Source of the DNA: an uncultured Phycisphaerales bacterium
GTDB lineage: Bacteria; Planctomycetota; Phycisphaerae; Phycisphaerales; UBA1924
Direction of reading: 5' to 3'
Assembly: GCA_937871915.1 (NCBI GenBank)
Contig: CALMPG010000048.1
Location: 5,421 to 69,420 of the forward strand
Length of the DNA: 64,000 nucleotides
Both the position numbers and the translations under genes were made by a program. Under the pieces are notes generated by a model. That model ran no database searches and was not told the DNA's origin. It saw only the letters and a program-made list of their open reading frames with translations. Shown piece by piece: positions 25,608 to 34,512 of the stretch. The stretch's first letter is position 1; each line of letters starts with the position of its first letter.

Positions 25608-25741
25608 TTGCCTGAAGTAACCCGAATCGGACCATATGTTCCCATAATAACCACCATTTTCGGTGGTTGGCGACCGATTTTCTCGGGCTTATAACCATTT
25701 CATGACCTCGACGGGCCGACGCTGGCCAGTATCTTGTCGGC

Positions 25742-26632
25742 ATGGTCCGGTCACAACTTCAGGTCGTGGAAACGCCCAGGGAAGGTGCGTTCGAGGTCCG
25801 GCGGAGCCGTCCCGATGGGCGATGCTTGGGCGCGCGTATTTCGACAAAGCCTGGGTTTACCCTGATCGAACTGCTGGTGGTCATCGCGATCATCGCGACG
25901 CTGATCGCGATCCTGCTGCCGAGCCTGCGCGGGGCGCGCGAGGCGGGGCGGATGGCGGTGTGCCTGAGCAACCAGAAGCAGATCGCCGGGGGGCTGGCGT
26001 CGTACGGGTATGCCAGCAAGGACGTCATGCCGCGCGAGGGCACGGTGGTGATCGAGACGAGCGATCCGATCAGGCAGCGGTCGCGTCTGTGCTGGCCGGT
26101 GGCGCTGCGCCCGTTCCTGGACGAGCGGGTGAGCGTGAACGAGGACCCGAACGATCTGTTCGCGAACTCGCAGTACTACACCGACCCGGCCCGGCCGCGC
26201 GACGGGCACCGGATCCACTACGTCGTGAACGCCATGCCGATGGTGGAGCGGGGCGTGGTGGACGCCGGGGCGCGGGTGAACTACTGGCGGCGCCGGGGTC
26301 CGCAGGCGTTCTCGCGGATGCCGTTCGCGTCGTCGACGCTGTACCTGACGGAGTTCTCGGACGACTCGAACCAGGCGGTCTGGAACGCGATCCAGTCGCA
26401 GCCGCAGGAAGACCTGTATATCTCGCAACCCTACGACATCTGGGACATACTGCATATCACGCCGCAGTCTTCGCAGTATCGGATCTCGGGATCGCGGCAC
26501 AGCGGCTCGGGGAACGCGATGTATCTCGACGGCCATGCGGCGACGCTGAAGAAGGCCGTGCTGGAGAATATCGATACCTGGGATGATCGGGTCTACGGGG
26601 TGCGCGACGAGGCCCCCAACTGGGCCCAGTAG
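25742..26632 (+). CDS. Prepilin-type N-terminal cleavage/methylation domain protein, DUF1559 family (planctomycete type)
   Basis: '[35 protein letters not shown]' and C-terminal '[17 protein letters not shown]'. The true start may be the in-frame TTG at 25826, which would give the short leader '[10 protein letters not shown]|FTLIELL'. Confidence 0.8.
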   Translation: MVRSQLQVVETPREGAFEVRRSRPDGRCLGARISTKPGFTLIELLVVIAIIATLIAILLPSLRGAREAGRMAVCLSNQKQIAGGLASYGYASKDVMPREGTVVIETSDPIRQRSRLCWPVALRPFLDERVSVNEDPNDLFANSQYYTDPARPRDGHRIHYVVNAMPMVERGVVDAGARVNYWRRRGPQAFSRMPFASSTLYLTEFSDDSNQAVWNAIQSQPQEDLYISQPYDIWDILHITPQSSQYRISGSRHSGSGNAMYLDGHAATLKKAVLENIDTWDDRVYGVRDEAPNWAQ

Positions 26633-26688
26633 GCCTCCCCGTGCCGATACACTCCGGCGTGGGGAGATTTCGCTCTCGCACGCCACGG

Positions 26689-27735
26689 ATGAAGAGTTCC
26701 ATGACCACACCACGATTTGTCGTTGCGGCGGGCGCGCTGCTGGGTATCTGTCTGGGCTCGGCGGGGCTCGGGCAGCCGCCCTCGCAGTCGGGGCGCCCCG
26801 GAGCGCCCGCGAATCCGGCGGGACGGCCGACGCCGCCGGCACGCCCCGCGCCGCCGCCGCCGGTGGTGTCGCCGCTCAATCCGGAGCTGGATGTGGTCGC
26901 GGCGATCGAGTCGGCCAAGAAAGAGGCCCGGGCCAAGGGGGGGCGCGTGCTGGTGATCTGGGCCGCGGATCCGGAGGCGCAGTCCACCAGGTCGTTCGTG
27001 GAGGCGGTGCGGACCCCGGACATGATGAAGCTGTTCGGGCTGGAGTTCGCGGTGGTGTGGGCGGAGATCGGCACGTCGGACCGGGGCGCGAAGAACGTGG
27101 AACTGGCCAACTCGCTCGACGCGCAGCTCAAGGCCGGGGACGTGCACCCGACGCTGACGGTGCTGGACGGTTCCGGCAAGCCGCTGGGGAGCAGGAGCGC
27201 GGCGTTGATGGGCGACGACATCCGGCGCGGGGTGTACAGCGTGCTGAAGATCCAGGACTACCTGATCCCGCTGCGGGCGCCCGCGCCGGACGCGAGGGCC
27301 ACCATGAACGGCGCGGTGGCCAGGGCGAGGGCCGGCGGCAAGGGCGTGCTGCTGGTATTCGGCGAGTATGGCAACCGGTGGGCCGAGCTGTTCCGCGGGT
27401 GGCTTGCGCAGCCGGAGGTGGCGCGGGCGCTGGCCCCGTCGATGGAGGTGGCGAACGTGGAGTTGAAGCGAGACACGGGGGCGTTTGACCTGATGGAGTC
27501 TCTGGGAGGGGTGCGGGTGCAGAGCCTGCCGTGGTTCGCGGTGCTCGGGGGCGATGGCAAGGTCGTGGGTCTGAGTCAGACAGAAAAAACCCCGAACATC
27601 GGATTTCCCACGGACGACGAGGAGATCGGGGCGTTTCTGGGCTTGCTGCGCAAGGGCCATCCGGGCCTCCCCGAGGGGGACGCGAAGGCCATTCGCGCCT
27701 CGCTGGAGGCGTTCCGGCAGCGGAAGGTGAAGTAG
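26689..27735 (+). CDS. Secreted protein with two thioredoxin-fold-like domains and no CxxC; paralog of the next gene
   Basis: Signal peptide 'MKSSMTTPRFVVAAGALLGICLGSAGLG', a Pro-rich linker, then 'GGRVLVIWAADPEAQS' where the paralog has 'GKRVLAMWGENWCQFC'. The second domain and the C-terminal tail also align by eye. Confidence 0.5.
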   Translation: MKSSMTTPRFVVAAGALLGICLGSAGLGQPPSQSGRPGAPANPAGRPTPPARPAPPPPVVSPLNPELDVVAAIESAKKEARAKGGRVLVIWAADPEAQSTRSFVEAVRTPDMMKLFGLEFAVVWAEIGTSDRGAKNVELANSLDAQLKAGDVHPTLTVLDGSGKPLGSRSAALMGDDIRRGVYSVLKIQDYLIPLRAPAPDARATMNGAVARARAGGKGVLLVFGEYGNRWAELFRGWLAQPEVARALAPSMEVANVELKRDTGAFDLMESLGGVRVQSLPWFAVLGGDGKVVGLSQTEKTPNIGFPTDDEEIGAFLGLLRKGHPGLPEGDAKAIRASLEAFRQRKVK

Positions 27736-27902
27736 ACGGGCGAATCGGGGGAGTTGGGTGCGCGGGGCCGAACGATTCGTCGCGGAGTGCTTAGAACTAG
27801 GGGGAAGGGGCGGTGGTCCGCGCGCCGGGTGTGGAGCGCGCCGATGGGTCGGTATCATCCGGCCCGGATCGAATCCGGAACTTCAGGAAGGAACGCACAG
27901 CG

Positions 27903-29000
27903 ATGACTCACGCAAGACGAGTGTGGATGACGGGAGCGGCCGGGCTGGTGTTCGGGCTGGCCACGGTGGTCCAGGCTCAGATGTCGCCGCAGCCCGCGGC
28001 CGATCCGGGCGCGGACAAGAAGCCCGAGGAGCCGCCGACATGCCTTGGCCCGGACGGGAAGCAGCACACGTTCCCGCTGAAGGTGTACGACGAGACGGCG
28101 GACGCCTCGCGGACGATCGCCGATGCGCTGGTCAAGGCGAAGGCGGAGGGCAAGCGGGTGCTCGCGATGTGGGGGGAGAACTGGTGCCAGTTCTGCCTGT
28201 TCCTCGAGGACATCCTGGCCAACGACCCGGGGTGCAAGCCGGTGGTGAAGAGCGACTACATCTGGGTCCGGATCGACTACGGGCAGGGGTTCGCCAAGGG
28301 GACGCCCAAGAACAAGGAGCTCTCGGAGTTCTACGGGGTGACGCAGTGGACGCAGCGTCCCGACGGGAAGACGATGGGCGCCCCGGCCCTGTGCATCATC
28401 GATCCGGACACGGGTCGGACGGTCGGGACCATGGACCCGGCCCGCGGATGCCTGACGGGCGTGATGGGCGGCAACGACATGGTGGCCAAGCCGATGATGC
28501 TCAACCGGCTCTTCGACGAGGGGGTCATCAAGAAGTTCCTGATCGAGAACCGTCCGGCGGCCAAGCCGGCGGTGGGGGCCATGAACGCCGCGATGAGCAA
28601 GGCCAAGGGCGAGTCGAAGAGGGTGCTCGCGGCGTTCATCATGCCCGACCCGGACTCCGAGCGGCTCTCGGACTGGCTGGGTCGCAAGGACGTTGCGGCC
28701 GCGCTGGACAGCGCGTTCGTGCCGGTGAAGATCGACACCGAGCGGATGATCGGCGGGCGCGAGATGCTCAAGGAGGCCTCGGGCAAGCCGGTGTTCCCGC
28801 CGTTCATGACGGTGCTCGACGCCTCGGGCAAGCCGATCGCCGATGCGCCGCGGATCACCGGGCTGCCGACCGGTGACGCGGAGATCGACGCGTTCATCAA
28901 GGAACTGTCGAAGGGGGGGAAGATCGGCGACGCGGACAGGGCGGTGCTGGTGAAGTCGCTCAAAGAGGCCGGCGCGCCGTCGATATCCGAGAAGAAGTAG
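27903..29000 (+). CDS. Secreted thioredoxin-family protein (WCQFC active site) with a second Cys-less thioredoxin-fold-like domain
   Basis: Signal peptide 'MTHARRVWMTGAAGLVFGLATVVQAQ'. 'KRVLAMWGENWCQFCLFLEDIL' carries the CxxC motif. The second domain begins 'SKRVLAAFIMPDPDSERLSDWL'. Confidence 0.6.
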   Translation: MTHARRVWMTGAAGLVFGLATVVQAQMSPQPAADPGADKKPEEPPTCLGPDGKQHTFPLKVYDETADASRTIADALVKAKAEGKRVLAMWGENWCQFCLFLEDILANDPGCKPVVKSDYIWVRIDYGQGFAKGTPKNKELSEFYGVTQWTQRPDGKTMGAPALCIIDPDTGRTVGTMDPARGCLTGVMGGNDMVAKPMMLNRLFDEGVIKKFLIENRPAAKPAVGAMNAAMSKAKGESKRVLAAFIMPDPDSERLSDWLGRKDVAAALDSAFVPVKIDTERMIGGREMLKEASGKPVFPPFMTVLDASGKPIADAPRITGLPTGDAEIDAFIKELSKGGKIGDADRAVLVKSLKEAGAPSISEKK

Positions 29001-29030
29001 TTCCCAGGATCGTTGGGTCCATCAACGAAC

Positions 29031-29060
29031 AATGGGCCGATCGCGTGCGATCGGCCCATT
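29031..29060. terminator. Perfect 14-bp inverted repeat hairpin between convergent genes (possible bidirectional terminator)
   Basis: AATGGGCCGATCGC-GT-GCGATCGGCCCATT, read directly. It lies between the stops at 29000 (+) and 29083 (-). There is no clear U-tract. Confidence 0.4.
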
Positions 29061-29082
29061 CGCGTTGGTCGTGGAGAACCGC

Positions 29083-29649
29083 TCAGGCTCCGCCGACGGT
29101 CAGCCCGACGGGCTGGGGGCGGACGGCGTGGGTGGGCTCGAGGGCGAGGCCGAGGGGGCGGCGCGTGGCGCCCGGCGGGGGCATGCCGATGGTGTCGATG
29201 TGGCGCTGGATCGCCATGATGCCCTCGAGGAGCTGCTCCGGACGCGGCGGGCAGCCGGGGACGTAGACGTCCACGGGGATGAACTGGTCGCACCCCTGCA
29301 CGACGGCGTAGGTGTCGAAGACGCCGCCCGTGCTGGCGCAGGCGCCCATGGAGATGACCCACTTGGGCTCGGTCATCTGCAGGTAGATGCGTTGCAGGAC
29401 CGGGAGGATCTTGATGGGGACGCGCCCGGCGACGATGAGCAGGTCGGCCTGGCGGGGGGAGAAGCTCATGCGCTCCATGCCGAAGCGGGCCAGGTCGAAG
29501 CGGCTCGAGGCCGTGGCCATGAGCTCGATGCCGCAGCAGGCCGTGGCGAAGGGCATGGGCCACATGCTCGAGCGCCGGGCCCAGTTGATGACGCGCTGGA
29601 GCTGCGTCGTGAGGAACATGTCGGTGGGAAGGGCGGACTCGAGACCCAT
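29083..29649 (-). CDS. nuoB: NADH-quinone oxidoreductase subunit B (NuoB/NQO6 family)
   Basis: 'WPMPFATACCGIELMA', 'SFSPRQADLLIVAGRV', 'VISMGACASTGG' and 'VDVYVPGCPPRPE' carry the four Cys ligands of cluster N2. Confidence 0.85.
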   Translation of the reverse strand: MGLESALPTDMFLTTQLQRVINWARRSSMWPMPFATACCGIELMATASSRFDLARFGMERMSFSPRQADLLIVAGRVPIKILPVLQRIYLQMTEPKWVISMGACASTGGVFDTYAVVQGCDQFIPVDVYVPGCPPRPEQLLEGIMAIQRHIDTIGMPPPGATRRPLGLALEPTHAVRPQPVGLTVGGA

Positions 29650-29714
29650 GAGATCCTCGTGGTGCGTGCAAGGCGAGGCAACCCCTCACTGCGCTGGGGG
29701 CTCGTTGGAAGGGA

Positions 29715-29951
29715 CTACTCGGATGGCTGCTGGCGGGGGCGGATGATCTTGTCGTTGGGCTGCTTCTCGCCGAAGACCCAGTCGTCCACCTTGCTGTTCT
29801 CCTGGTAGGGCTCGCTGATGTCGTAGGCCCCGGCGCCGAGGCCCTTGGCGCCCACGACGCGCTGGTAGCACCCGGGCAGCGCGGCCGCGCAGGCGAGGAG
29901 GGCCAGCACGGCGACGGCGAACGAGGCTCGATTGGGGCATCGGGTGGTCAT
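29715..29951 (-). CDS. Small hypothetical lipoprotein
   Basis: 'MTTRCPNRASFAVAVLALLACAAALPGCYQ' has a signal peptide and LPGC lipobox. It shows no similarity to NuoA. Confidence 0.5.
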   Translation of the reverse strand: MTTRCPNRASFAVAVLALLACAAALPGCYQRVVGAKGLGAGAYDISEPYQENSKVDDWVFGEKQPNDKIIRPRQQPSE

Positions 29952-29988
29952 CGGGAACTCCGGTACAAAGCGGCCGGTGCGGACGCGA

Positions 29989-31443
29989 CTAAAGGGTAGC
30001 GGCGCGGGAGGGCGTCCGCCCGTCGGTTCTGGGCGCGGGCGGGGCGGACGGGGCCGCGGCGGGGGTCGGAAACGCCCCGGCGGGTGCCGGCTTCTTGCGT
30101 GGTTCGCCCGGTTTGCCGGAGATGTCGGCGAGGGTTTCGGCGCCGGCGGCGTCGATCTGGGCCCGGCGCATGCGCTCGACGACGGGGTTGGACTCGGGCC
30201 CTCCGGCGAGCTCGAAGCCGAGGGAGAGGACCTCGCCGACGCGGATCATCGAGGGGTTGCGGGCGAGGGCGTACTGGACATCGACGGATTCCCCCTCGCG
30301 CTCGACGCGGAGAAGGAGGCCGCGCTCGGCGAAGCGGGAGACGATGATGGTGACGACGGGTTCGGAGAGCCCGGTGGAGAGGCCGATGGCCTTGATGGAC
30401 TGGGGCGTGCCGATGGCCATGGCGCGGGCCATGGAGGCCATGACGAGCAGGCAGGCGGAGGGCTCGATGATGGTGGGGCCGAAGTCGTGCAGGGGCTGCG
30501 GGCTGGTCTTGTTTCGTCCGTGCTGGAACTGGTAGGTGACGGCGAGGCCGAAGAGGACGATCAGCCAGGTGTAGTAGACCCAGAGCAGGAAGAGGGGGAC
30601 CAGGGCGAGCGAGCCGTAGAGCTTGGCGTAGCCGGTGGAGTACTCGATGTACTGGCCGAAGCCCCACTTGCCCGCCTCCCACAGGAGGGCGGCGATGACG
30701 GCGCCGACGAGGGCGGCCACGGCCCGCACGCGGGTGTTGGGGACGGTGGCGTACACCAGCGTGAGCATCGCGGTGGAGATGGCGACGGTGACGAGGTAGC
30801 CGATGACCTGGATGGTCGCCGCGCCGGTGCCGACGCCCAGGCCCTGGGACTCGACGACGTCCTTGGCCCAGAGCTGGAACCTTGCGCCGACGTAGAACGT
30901 CGCGGCGAGGCCGATGCCGCCGAGGGTGAGGAGCGTCCAGTAGTTCACGACGCGCCGGAACCACGACCGGCCGCGCGGCACGCGGTAGATCTGGTTGAAG
31001 GCCCGCTCGATCTCGACGAGCATGGTGACGGCGGCGTAGATGAGGATGACAAAGCCGACAAGGCCGATGGCTCCGGCGGAAATGCCGGTTCGTGCACGGG
31101 AGATGAGCATGGCGACCCACTGATCGAGGGTGCGCTCGACCGGGGGTCCCATGCCCGGGTCGGAGGCGATCTCGCCGCTCACGGAGATGTTCTGGAGCCC
31201 GGCGTAGTTCATGGCCCGCTTGATGACGTCGGCCAGGTCGTCCTGGGCGACGACCTGGCCGAGGATGAGCAGCGCGACGACGAGGGTGGGGATGAGGCCG
31301 AAGATGGTGCGGTAGCTGAGTGCGGCGGCCATCTGGGGCAGGCGCGAGCGCTGGGCCTCGGCCGCGGCGGTGCGGAAGGCGAGCAGGCTCTCGTCGGCGA
31401 TGGGAGCCTGCGTGCGGCTTCTGAACCAGGCGGACGGCTTCAT
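29989..31443 (-). CDS. YihY/BrkB (virulence factor BrkB / RNase BN-like) family membrane protein with a C-terminal winged-helix-like extension
   Basis: ATG 31443 overlaps the rluB stop (ATGA). 'LPQMAAALSYRTIFGLIPTLVV' and six hydrophobic helices. The C-terminal ~130 aa ('SIKAIGLSTGLSEPVVTIIVSRFAERGLLLRVEREG') look like a wHTH. Confidence 0.7.
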   Translation of the reverse strand: MKPSAWFRSRTQAPIADESLLAFRTAAAEAQRSRLPQMAAALSYRTIFGLIPTLVVALLILGQVVAQDDLADVIKRAMNYAGLQNISVSGEIASDPGMGPPVERTLDQWVAMLISRARTGISAGAIGLVGFVILIYAAVTMLVEIERAFNQIYRVPRGRSWFRRVVNYWTLLTLGGIGLAATFYVGARFQLWAKDVVESQGLGVGTGAATIQVIGYLVTVAISTAMLTLVYATVPNTRVRAVAALVGAVIAALLWEAGKWGFGQYIEYSTGYAKLYGSLALVPLFLLWVYYTWLIVLFGLAVTYQFQHGRNKTSPQPLHDFGPTIIEPSACLLVMASMARAMAIGTPQSIKAIGLSTGLSEPVVTIIVSRFAERGLLLRVEREGESVDVQYALARNPSMIRVGEVLSLGFELAGGPESNPVVERMRRAQIDAAGAETLADISGKPGEPRKKPAPAGAFPTPAAAPSAPPAPRTDGRTPSRAATL

Positions 31444-32585
31444 GCGTCGGACTCCGGCGAATCCTCGTCGATCTCGGCGGGTGTGGCGGGCTTCGGGGTG
31501 TTCATCGGCGATCGCGCGGGGGTGGGTCGAACCGATGGGGCGCCATTGCCCTCGATTGGCTCGCGATGGGCGCGGCGCGCCGGGGCTGCATGGGCCGGGG
31601 GCCTGCCGAGGCCGGCGGCCTCCTTGAGGGTCCGCAGCTCGTCCTTGGTCAGGTCGCGCCAGTCGCCGGGGCCCACGCCGGTAAGCCGGAGGGGGCCGAT
31701 GGCGATGCGGGCGATGCGTTTGACGCGGCAGCCCGCGGTGAGGAGCATCTCGCCCAGAGGCTCGGTGCGACCCTCGCGGGCGATGATCTCGAGGACGGTC
31801 ATGTTGCCGGGGGTCTGCGGGCGGCGCAGGCGCGAGGGCTGGTGCAGGTCGTCGTCGGTGATGATGCGGACGCCGCCGCTGGGGGCCTCTCGCTTGCCCA
31901 CGCGCCGGCGGAGCATGTCGAGGATCTCGCCGGGGACCGAGCCGTGGATCCAGACGCGGTAGGTCTTGGTCATGCCGTAGCGGGCGTGGGTCAGGCGCTG
32001 GGCGAGGTCGCCGTCGCTGGTCATGAGCACGAGGCCGGTGGAGTGGAAGTCGAGCCGGCCGACGGGGAAGAGGCGGGTGCCGGTGTGGTGCTTGACGATG
32101 TCGGTGACGGTGCGCCGACCGCCCTTCTTGTACTCGAGCTCGTCCTTGGTGGTGCCGAGGGTGTTGTCGGGCTTGTTGAGCATGACGTAGACGCGATGGG
32201 CGGAGGTGTCCTCGCGGGAGAGGAAGCGGCCGTCCACGCGGATGCGGTCGGTGTGGGGGTTCACGAAGACGGGCAGGCGGGTGACGATCTGGCCGTTGAC
32301 CTCGACGCGCCCGGCCTCGATCATCTGCTCGCACTCGCGCCGGCTGGCGATGCCGGCGTCGGCGAGGACGCGCTGGAGGCGCTCGCCCTTGGCCGAGCTG
32401 GGGGCCTGGGCGGGGCGGGGGACGGACTTTCGTGCGACGGTGGTGCGGGGGCGAGATCGGGCGGGGCGCGACGGCCGATCATCCCCGGCGCGCGCGGGCC
32501 TTGGGCGATTGCCCAAGTTCTTCCCGGGGGGGCGAGGCGGAGATGATCGGGAGCGGTCCTGGTGTTTCGGGCGTGGTCTTGGCAC
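31440..32585 (-). CDS. rluB: Pseudouridine synthase, RluB/RsuA family, with S4 domain and Arg/Pro-rich N- and C-terminal tails
   Basis: S4 domain 'ERLQRVLADAGIASRRECEQMIEAGRVEVNGQIV'. Catalytic 'VGRLDFHSTGLVLMTSDGDLAQRLTH'. The start is GTG at 32585. Confidence 0.8.
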   Translation of the reverse strand: MPRPRPKHQDRSRSSPPRPPGKNLGNRPRPARAGDDRPSRPARSRPRTTVARKSVPRPAQAPSSAKGERLQRVLADAGIASRRECEQMIEAGRVEVNGQIVTRLPVFVNPHTDRIRVDGRFLSREDTSAHRVYVMLNKPDNTLGTTKDELEYKKGGRRTVTDIVKHHTGTRLFPVGRLDFHSTGLVLMTSDGDLAQRLTHARYGMTKTYRVWIHGSVPGEILDMLRRRVGKREAPSGGVRIITDDDLHQPSRLRRPQTPGNMTVLEIIAREGRTEPLGEMLLTAGCRVKRIARIAIGPLRLTGVGPGDWRDLTKDELRTLKEAAGLGRPPAHAAPARRAHREPIEGNGAPSVRPTPARSPMNTPKPATPAEIDEDSPESDA

Positions 32586-32767
32586 GTGTCGATTGTACGC
32601 AAACGGGGGTGAGCCCCCGCCGACCGGCCCGGTTTCCCACCCGGAATGTGGAGCGGGAGGCGAACGGGAGCCGATCCAACCGACGAGCGCAAGAACCGCG
32701 CACCGGAGGGGGAGGGTCTACCAGCGTTGCCGCGCCGCCATCGAGGCACCCAGAACGGACGACACCC

Positions 32768-34201
32768 ATGAGCACCCGTGCCCCGTCGCGATCCACACCC
32801 ATTGACATTGATGCCGGGGGGAACGGGCCCACGGACGTGGTGGTAAACGGGGTGTTTCTGTCGCCGCGCGTGATCGACCGCCGGGCGTACAACGAGCTGG
32901 CGGGGGAGCTGCGGGACCTGGTGGAGAAGTCGGCGGCGGAGCGGAGCACGCTGGTGGCCGCGCTGGACGAGGCGGGGCGGGCGTCGCAGGAGTTCCGGCA
33001 GCGGGAGGGGACGCAGAACTCGAACATCGAGCTGGCGGCGCGGGCGCTGCGGGCGATGGACGAGCGGATGTCGCGGGTGGAGACGCTGCTGGCCCGCGCG
33101 GAGGCGCAGGGGAAGATCTTCGAGCAGCTCGAGGGGCGGGCCGGGGGGATGATCCAGAGCAAGGTGCAGGTGCTCGAGGCACGCCTGGAGGCGGTGCAGA
33201 GCGCGGCGACGGCGAAGACGGAGGCTCTGGAGGAGCGCATCCGTCGGGCCTCGCGCGAGCTGGAGCAGCGGATCGAGGCGATCCGGCGCGACGCGGACTC
33301 GATCGCGGGGCCGGCGCAGGAGGCTCTGTCGGGGCTGTGCCAGCGGGCCGGGGCGATCCTGGGGCGCGAGGCGGGGACGAGCGCGCCGGCGAGCGAGGGC
33401 TCGCTGGGCGACATCGTGGAGCGGGCGGAGTTGCTCGCGGGCGAGGTGATGCGGGTCTCCAAGACGCTCGAGGACGGGAGCGAGCGCCTGGAGCAGAGCC
33501 GTCGCCAGGCGGCGGAACTCACGGTTCGCCAGCAGGAGATCGAGGGGCGGACGGAGGAACTGCGCAGCAACGTGGAGCGGAACCTGGAGGTCGTCCGGTC
33601 GCGCCTGATGCAGCAGCAGTTGGAGCTGGTCTCGCGGACGCAGACGGTGGTGGACGGGGCCCAGGAGTCGGTGCGGCGGCTGGAGGCGCAGGCCGCGGAG
33701 GCCAGCGAGGCGGGGGCGCGGGCGTTTGCCGACCTGCGATCGTCGATCCAGCAGTCGATCGATGCGCACAACACGACGACGCTGGCGATCAAGATCCTCA
33801 ACACGTCGATCGACCAGGCCAAGGTGCTCTCGGCCCAACTCGAGCCGTGGCGCGGCCTGCTGGACTCCTCGGGCACCGGGCAGATGCCGCTGGCGATCCG
33901 CCGGATGATCGAGGGCGTGCGGGGCGAACTGACGACGGAACTCTCGAGCATCGCGGGCGCGCTGCGATCCGCGGCGGAGAAGGCCGAGCGTGCGGGACGG
34001 TCGATGGACGCGGCGTCGAGGGCGCCGACGGGGGGGCCGCTCACGACGGCCATTCCTTCCGGGATGTCGATCGGCCCGGCGGCGGCGCTCTCGAACCCGC
34101 TGGTGGGGGCGAGGGTCTCGCGTCCGGCGATCGGCATGACTCCGGGCAAGGACATTCCCACGGCGACGCGCCCCATGCGGGCTGTTGACGCGGCCGACTG
34201 A
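32768..34201 (+). CDS. Hypothetical coiled-coil protein
   Basis: ATG 32768 gives 'MSTRAPSRSTPIDIDAGGNGPTDVVVNGVFLSPRVIDRRAYNELAGELRDL...'. Long stretches rich in E/R/A/L/Q show heptad character. I recognise no enzymatic motif. Confidence 0.5.
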   Translation: MSTRAPSRSTPIDIDAGGNGPTDVVVNGVFLSPRVIDRRAYNELAGELRDLVEKSAAERSTLVAALDEAGRASQEFRQREGTQNSNIELAARALRAMDERMSRVETLLARAEAQGKIFEQLEGRAGGMIQSKVQVLEARLEAVQSAATAKTEALEERIRRASRELEQRIEAIRRDADSIAGPAQEALSGLCQRAGAILGREAGTSAPASEGSLGDIVERAELLAGEVMRVSKTLEDGSERLEQSRRQAAELTVRQQEIEGRTEELRSNVERNLEVVRSRLMQQQLELVSRTQTVVDGAQESVRRLEAQAAEASEAGARAFADLRSSIQQSIDAHNTTTLAIKILNTSIDQAKVLSAQLEPWRGLLDSSGTGQMPLAIRRMIEGVRGELTTELSSIAGALRSAAEKAERAGRSMDAASRAPTGGPLTTAIPSGMSIGPAAALSNPLVGARVSRPAIGMTPGKDIPTATRPMRAVDAAD

Positions 34202-34315
34202 GCGGGCGAGGCGGGATCAGTTCCGGTCAGAGGTGCGACGTGGGGAGCCGAGCCGGCTCGCGCGGTTTGCTGGATGCTCCGGCGGAGCTTGTCGCGAGGA
34301 ACTGGTTCCCGCGCG

Positions 34316-34451
34316 GAACCCGCCACGGTATGTCGGGGTCTCCGGAGAGGAGCCCGCCACGGAGTGTCGGGGTACCCGGAGAAGAACCCGCCACGGAGTG
34401 TCGGGGTACCCGGAGAAGAACCCGCCACGGAGTGCCGGGGTACCCGGAGGA
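34316..34451. repeat. Tandem array of 4 x 34 bp (AACCCGCCACGGAGTGTCGGGGTACCCGGAGAAG)
   Basis: Units start at 34316, 34350, 34384 and 34418. The middle two differ only at their first base. It belongs to the same family as 593-728 and 18017-18081 and lies between convergent genes. Confidence 0.9.
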
Positions 34452-34462
34452 GTCCAAAGAAA

Positions 34463-34486
34463 AAGCCCCGGGGCGTGCCCGGGGCT
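34463..34486 (-). terminator. Intrinsic terminator of the giant gene
   Basis: The minus strand reads AGCCCCGGG-loop-CCCGGGGCT followed by TTTTCTTTGG. It lies 27 nt after the stop codon at 34513-34515. Confidence 0.7.
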
Positions 34487-34512
34487 TTGTGGTTGCGGCT
34501 GGTCCGGCGTGG

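Noticed and set aside
29715-29951. Whether the small gene upstream of nuoB is nuoA
   Set aside because: The product has a single signal-peptide-like helix with a lipobox (LPGC) and a hydrophilic remainder, not the three-TM NuoA pattern.
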